The translations under genes and the position numbers were made by a program. Shown here one piece after another: positions 6,380-10,109 of a DNA stretch of 10,109 nucleotides. This DNA is from Candidatus Binatia bacterium. GTDB taxonomy: Bacteria; Desulfobacterota; Binatia; Bin18. How positions within the stretch are numbered: position 1 is the stretch's first letter; every line of letters starts with the position of its first letter. The stretch is from positions 1 through 10,109 of the forward strand of contig CAXXIS010000003.1 in the NCBI GenBank assembly GCA_963664395.2, read 5' to 3'. Below the pieces are notes generated by a model, which saw only the letters and a program-made list of their open reading frames with translations, was not told the origin of the DNA and made no database searches.

Positions 6380-7597
6380 CTATGGAATCGTTCTTGCCAG
6401 GCGGAAGCCGAGGCTGATGTTGCGATCGCTCGGCTCATAGCGAAAGCGATTGACCACCCGACACGAGTGGGCGGTGCTGCGCCACCCCCCACCGCGACCA
6501 ACCCGGCTGCTGCCCGTGGTCGGGCCTTGGGGGTCCGTGACCGGCCCGGCGGGATAGTCTCCATACCAGTCCGCCACCCACTCCCAGACGTTGCCGTGCA
6601 TGTCATACAGCCCCCACTGGTTGGGCTGATAACTCCCGACCGGGGCGGGCTCGTCGGCGACATCGTCCGAACAGGTCGTGTTGCGCCATCTCAGGCCCGT
6701 ACTGCTGTCGGCATGATTGGCATACCGGCAGAGTTCGGACTCCGCCTCGCCAAAATGGTACGTCGTCTGCGTCCCGGCCCGGGCTGCGTACTCCCATTCC
6801 GCTTCGGTCGGCAGCCGGTAGGTCGTCTCTCCCGTCCGCGCGTTCAACTCCGCGATAAAGGTCTCGACTTCCTCCCAGGATATTCCCTCCACCGGGCAGG
6901 CATCACCACAGTTGCGGAAAAACGATGGATTGTCGCTCATCACCGCTCGCCACTGGGCTTGGGTGACTTCGTATTTCCCCAGGTAGAACGGCTGGCTGAT
7001 CGTCACCTGGTGGAGTGTTTCGTCCTCTTCATGGTCCTCCGCTTCCGCCGGCGACCCCATTTGGAACGTACCCGCCTCAATCTGCACAAATTCCATCGCC
7101 AGGCTGTCGATCAGCTCCTCGCCCTCCGGCCCGAGCACCATTTCCAGGTGTTGCGTACTCTGGTTCCACTCAAACCGCACGCTCTCCCCTGGCGCGGGGA
7201 AATCCAGCACCCGGACCTGGGCGCTCGCCCCTCTCACAAACTCCTCCCCGGTAGTCGCCACCTCGAATGTACTCCGCGCAAACTCCAGCCCATCATCGTA
7301 GACCACAGCGGTATGGGTGCCATCACCCAGATGTGCCCAGTTCTGGACCGTACTAAATCCGTTGTTTGTGTCGCCACACACCCCGGCGGTATCGGACCGC
7401 GCATTGCCGTACGGCAGGGGAATCGGATCGCCATCATTAAAGCGGACCGTCAGCGGTCCACTGGTCTCACACTTCCAGCCCGAGATGACCCCGATACCCG
7501 ACAATTTGGCCCCATTGCCGGGAATCTCAAGCATTGCGGCATGAACCAGAGCCGGAGCCAGAACAACGAGGCCGCAAAGACGAAGTAAGAGATGCAT
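6380..7597 (-). CDS. Secreted FGE-sulfatase (SUMF1/EgtB/PvdO-like fold) domain protein with an uncharacterised N-terminal domain
   Basis: Signal peptide MHLLLRLCGLVVLAPALVHA. C-terminal domain motifs are FQMGS, KYEVTQAQW, RLPTEAEWEYAARAG, PNQWGLYDMHGNVWEW, RGGGW and GFRLAR. Strong RBS GAGGAGG. Confidence 0.92.
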   Translation of the reverse strand: MHLLLRLCGLVVLAPALVHAAMLEIPGNGAKLSGIGVISGWKCETSGPLTVRFNDGDPIPLPYGNARSDTAGVCGDTNNGFSTVQNWAHLGDGTHTAVVYDDGLEFARSTFEVATTGEEFVRGASAQVRVLDFPAPGESVRFEWNQSTQHLEMVLGPEGEELIDSLAMEFVQIEAGTFQMGSPAEAEDHEEDETLHQVTISQPFYLGKYEVTQAQWRAVMSDNPSFFRNCGDACPVEGISWEEVETFIAELNARTGETTYRLPTEAEWEYAARAGTQTTYHFGEAESELCRYANHADSSTGLRWRNTTCSDDVADEPAPVGSYQPNQWGLYDMHGNVWEWVADWYGDYPAGPVTDPQGPTTGSSRVGRGGGWRSTAHSCRVVNRFRYEPSDRNISLGFRLARTIP

Positions 7598-7705
7598 CAG
7601 GTCCTCCTCACCTAGCGCTGAATGGGGTTCGATATAGCACGCGGCTCCGGCGGCTTCATCGGGGGCGGGTACGTGCGACCAGGCACTAGCAGAATGACGC
7701 TTTGG

Positions 7706-8844
7706 TCATGGAGCTTTGGCGTTGTCGAGCTGGCTGAGGTTGCGCTGCACTTGTGCTATCAGGGCTTCGTTGTCAGACTCTTGAGCCAAGGCGAGTGCCT
7801 TCTGAAAATCCTCACGAGCCTCGTTCGGGCGACCAAGGCCCTTCATCGTGATGCCTCGGTTGCAGTAGGCATTGGCATACTCGGACTTTAGCCGAATCGA
7901 TTCGTCGAGGTCTATAAGAGCAGCCTGGTATTGGCCAAGATTGTTCTTCGTGAGGCCTCGGTTATTGTAGGCTTCGGCCATGTCGGGCTTCAGCCGAATC
8001 GCCTCGTCGAGGTCCGTAAGGGCGGCTTCGTGTTGTCCGAGATCGTTCTTTACTTTGCCCCGGTTATTGTAGGAAATGGCATAGTCGGGCTTCAGCCGAA
8101 TTGCCTCGTCGAGGTCCGTAAAGGCGGCTTCGTGTTGGCCGAGATCGTTCTTCGCGACGCCTCGGTTGTTGTAGGCTTCGGCCATGTCGGGCTTCAGCCG
8201 AATCGCCTCGTTATAGGCATCTATCGCCTCTTTCCGATTATCTTCTTCACCGTAGAGATAGCCGACGGAGAACCATGCCCGCGCCCGGAGCTGGTTGTCT
8301 ATCCCCTCCGGGACCTTAGCGATGTAACGCCACATCTCGATAGCTGCTTCGATTTTTTCTTGCCGTTGAAGCAGGATGGCGGTAGCGGTCGCTTGGTCTA
8401 TCAGGGATGCCGCGGAATCCTTTTGGACAGTTTCCGCATCTCTGCGGGCCGCGTCCGGATTTTCACTAACCCTCTCGGCATCCCATTTTTCCAACTCTGC
8501 ATGTCTCACTCTGATCTGCTTGACAAGGCGCTCGACTTCTCCCGCATGTTCCCTGGCCGTCTTCATATGCCCCTCGGCCTTGGTCTCAAGATCGTCGAAT
8601 CTCTGAAAACTGGATAGCCGGCAATGACGGCAACGACGCCGAGTAACGTCAGGAATCCAGCCATCGCGGCGAGCCACCGATCAGCAAGCTTTACACGATG
8701 GTCTAGAAGCTCGCGTCTGAGTTCGTTGAAACGACGTTGGATTTCAACATCAGTGGCGGTGTCGATACCGTTTTTGTCCGGTGCGGATTCTGGCTGTGCA
8801 GGTTGAGGTTCGCTGCCAGACGATGGCTGGGAAGGTGAACTCAT
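7706..8844 (-). pseudogene. Membrane-anchored TPR-repeat protein split by a 1-nt frameshift (about 379 aa if restored)
   Basis: ORF 8844-8563 gives an N-terminus with a TM helix (WLAAMAGFLTLLGVVAVIAGY). The ORF ending at 7706 gives a coiled-coil-like region plus TPRs (AEAYNNRG...EAIRLKPD). The frames cross at GGC TAT CC AGT TTT near 8612-8613, and adding one base restores GY(x)SFQRFDD. Confidence 0.8.
7860..8220 (-). repeat. 102-bp tandem repeats encoding 34-aa TPR units
   Basis: GTT(A/G)TTGTAG recurs at 7961, 8063 and 8165, a period of 102. A 43-bp stretch is identical at 7965-8007 and 8169-8211. Confidence 0.9.
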
Positions 8845-8996
8845 TTAGACGTTCCTGTCATAAAGTTATTTTCTCCGCTCCACATAACACGATCCCCTCA
8901 GTCGCGTGAGATGACTAGGTTTTTGTCACGGGTCTGTGTAATATTCTGCAATTAGGATGTGTTATCGGGGATCATCACCCCGGAAGGAGCAGGGCT

Positions 8997-9368
8997 ATGC
9001 GACTCCAACTGGCGCTCAATGTTCGTGACCTCGATGAGGCGGTCGAGTATTACTCGAAGCTGTTTGCCGTCAAACCGCACAAACTGAGAGACGGGTATGC
9101 CAATTTTACGATTGACACGCCGCCGCTCAAGCTGGTCTTGTTTGAGAACCCGGAGGCTGAGGAGAGACTGAATCATCTCGGGGTCGAGGTGTTTGATGAG
9201 GCCGAGATTGCCTCTGCTGCGGAACGGTTCGAGGCCGCGGGGATTATGCCTGAGGTCCAGAACAAGAAGACGTGTTGCCATGCAACCCAGAACAAGGTGT
9301 GGGCCTTGGAACCGCAAGGGCTGCGCTGGGAATGGTATCGAATCACCGACGACGATCCCGCGGAATGA
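8997..9368 (+). CDS. ArsI/CadI-family VOC (glyoxalase-like) metalloenzyme
   Basis: Motifs MRLQLALNV, GYANF...PPLKLVL, NHLGVEV, a vicinal Cys pair in TCCHATQNKVW, and GLRWEWY. The metal triad Gln/His/Glu is as in ArsI/CadI proteins. RBS AAGGAG lies upstream. Confidence 0.9.
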   Translation: MRLQLALNVRDLDEAVEYYSKLFAVKPHKLRDGYANFTIDTPPLKLVLFENPEAEERLNHLGVEVFDEAEIASAAERFEAAGIMPEVQNKKTCCHATQNKVWALEPQGLRWEWYRITDDDPAE

Positions 9369-9388
9369 GAGAGGGAGGAAGCAAATAT

Positions 9389-10109
9389 ATGGATAAACCG
9401 TCGGGCATAATGGAAAAGCCCCTGATTGACCCTCTGAGCTGGCTCTCTCCATCCCCCAAGCCGCAAGCCTATTACGAGGCCATCAAACAGAAGTTCGCCG
9501 AGGAGCGGAATCTCCGGCTGAACTACCGACCGGAAGGGACGGCGCAGTACACCTCGGACCTGACCGACGGGCTGGCGCACTACGAGAAGGACCCCTACGG
9601 CGGCCCGCTTGTTCCGCGTGAGCCTATCAACGACAGGGTAGAATGCCTGTTCATCGGCGGTGGCTTTTCCGCCCTGCTCACCTCTGCCCGGCTGCGCAAA
9701 TGTGGCGTGCAGAGCATCCGTATTGTGGAACGGGGAGCCGATGTTGGCGGCACCTGGTACTGGAACCGCTACCCTGGCGTGGCGTGTGACGTGCCGTCGT
9801 ATGACTATCTGCCGCTGCTCGACGAGATGGACTATGTGCCCAAAGACCGCTTTGCCAAGGGACCCGAGATTTACGCCCACTGCCAGGCAATCGCCAAGAA
9901 ATACAATCTGTACAAGTCAGCGGCCTTCCAGACGACGGTCACGTCCACGCTATGGGACGAAGAAGAAAAGCTGTGGCATATCCGAACCGACCGGGGCGAC
10001 CATATGCGGGCGCAGTTCGTGATCTGTGCCAATGGCACCCTGTCCAAGCCGAAGCTGACCAGGATCGCCGGCATGGAGTCCTTTCAGGGTCATTCTTTTC
10101 ATACCTCGC
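9389..10109 (+). CDS. Second type I Baeyer-Villiger monooxygenase, 5' part (runs off the window)
   Basis: Manual translation from ATG 9389 (RBS GGAGG 9374-9378) is open to the window end: MDKPSGIMEKPLIDP...KQKFAEERNLRL...LFIGGGFSA...[25 protein letters not shown]...FQGHSFHTS. It is absent from the ORF track because there is no stop in the window. Confidence 0.93.
   Translation, partial: MDKPSGIMEKPLIDPLSWLSPSPKPQAYYEAIKQKFAEERNLRLNYRPEGTAQYTSDLTDGLAHYEKDPYGGPLVPREPINDRVECLFIGGGFSALLTSARLRKCGVQSIRIVERGADVGGTWYWNRYPGVACDVPSYDYLPLLDEMDYVPKDRFAKGPEIYAHCQAIAKKYNLYKSAAFQTTVTSTLWDEEEKLWHIRTDRGDHMRAQFVICANGTLSKPKLTRIAGMESFQGHSFHTS

Noticed and set aside
6380-6520. FGE/C-type-lectin-fold C-terminus as a diversity-generating retroelement variable region
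   Set aside because: I found no second near-copy (template repeat) differing at adenines, and no reverse transcriptase in the window. A remote DGR cannot be excluded.
6197-7588. 463-aa plus-strand ORF
   Set aside because: Antisense shadow of the FGE-domain gene. It is Arg/Pro/Gly-rich with no motifs, as expected in GC-rich DNA.
7860-8220. Regularly spaced repeats as a CRISPR array
   Set aside because: The period is 102 bp, in frame, and encodes TPRs. There are no unique spacers and no cas genes.
8845-8996. Divergent promoters or an ArsR operator between the TPR and ArsI-like genes
   Set aside because: TTGTCA (8923-8928) has no correctly spaced -10 element, and I saw no convincing inverted repeat.
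8952-9880. Minus-strand ORFs 8952-9452 and 9173-9880
   Set aside because: They are antisense to the well-supported ArsI-like and BVMO genes.

Overview
GC-rich bacterial window. From left to right it holds: the 3' tail of an amidohydrolase-like gene; two kinds of palindromic intergenic repeat; and an AT-richer island (~350-1565) carrying an unannotated two-gene operon that resembles a highly divergent HicB-like/HicA-like toxin-antitoxin pair, convergent with a decayed IS1595-family transposase remnant. Next, all on the minus strand, come a Rieske oxygenase alpha subunit, a GPH-type MFS transporter, a Baeyer-Villiger monooxygenase (BVMO), a secreted FGE-sulfatase(SUMF1)-domain protein with an unnamed N-terminal domain, and a frameshifted membrane-anchored TPR gene. 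On the plus strand are an ArsI/CadI-family VOC protein and the 5' part of a second BVMO, which is missing from the ORF track. The best candidate for an undescribed system is the HicBA-like pair: it has its own predicted promoter, operator and terminator, and the putative antitoxin ends in an ssrA-like LAA. All family calls come from motif recognition by eye; no searches were run.
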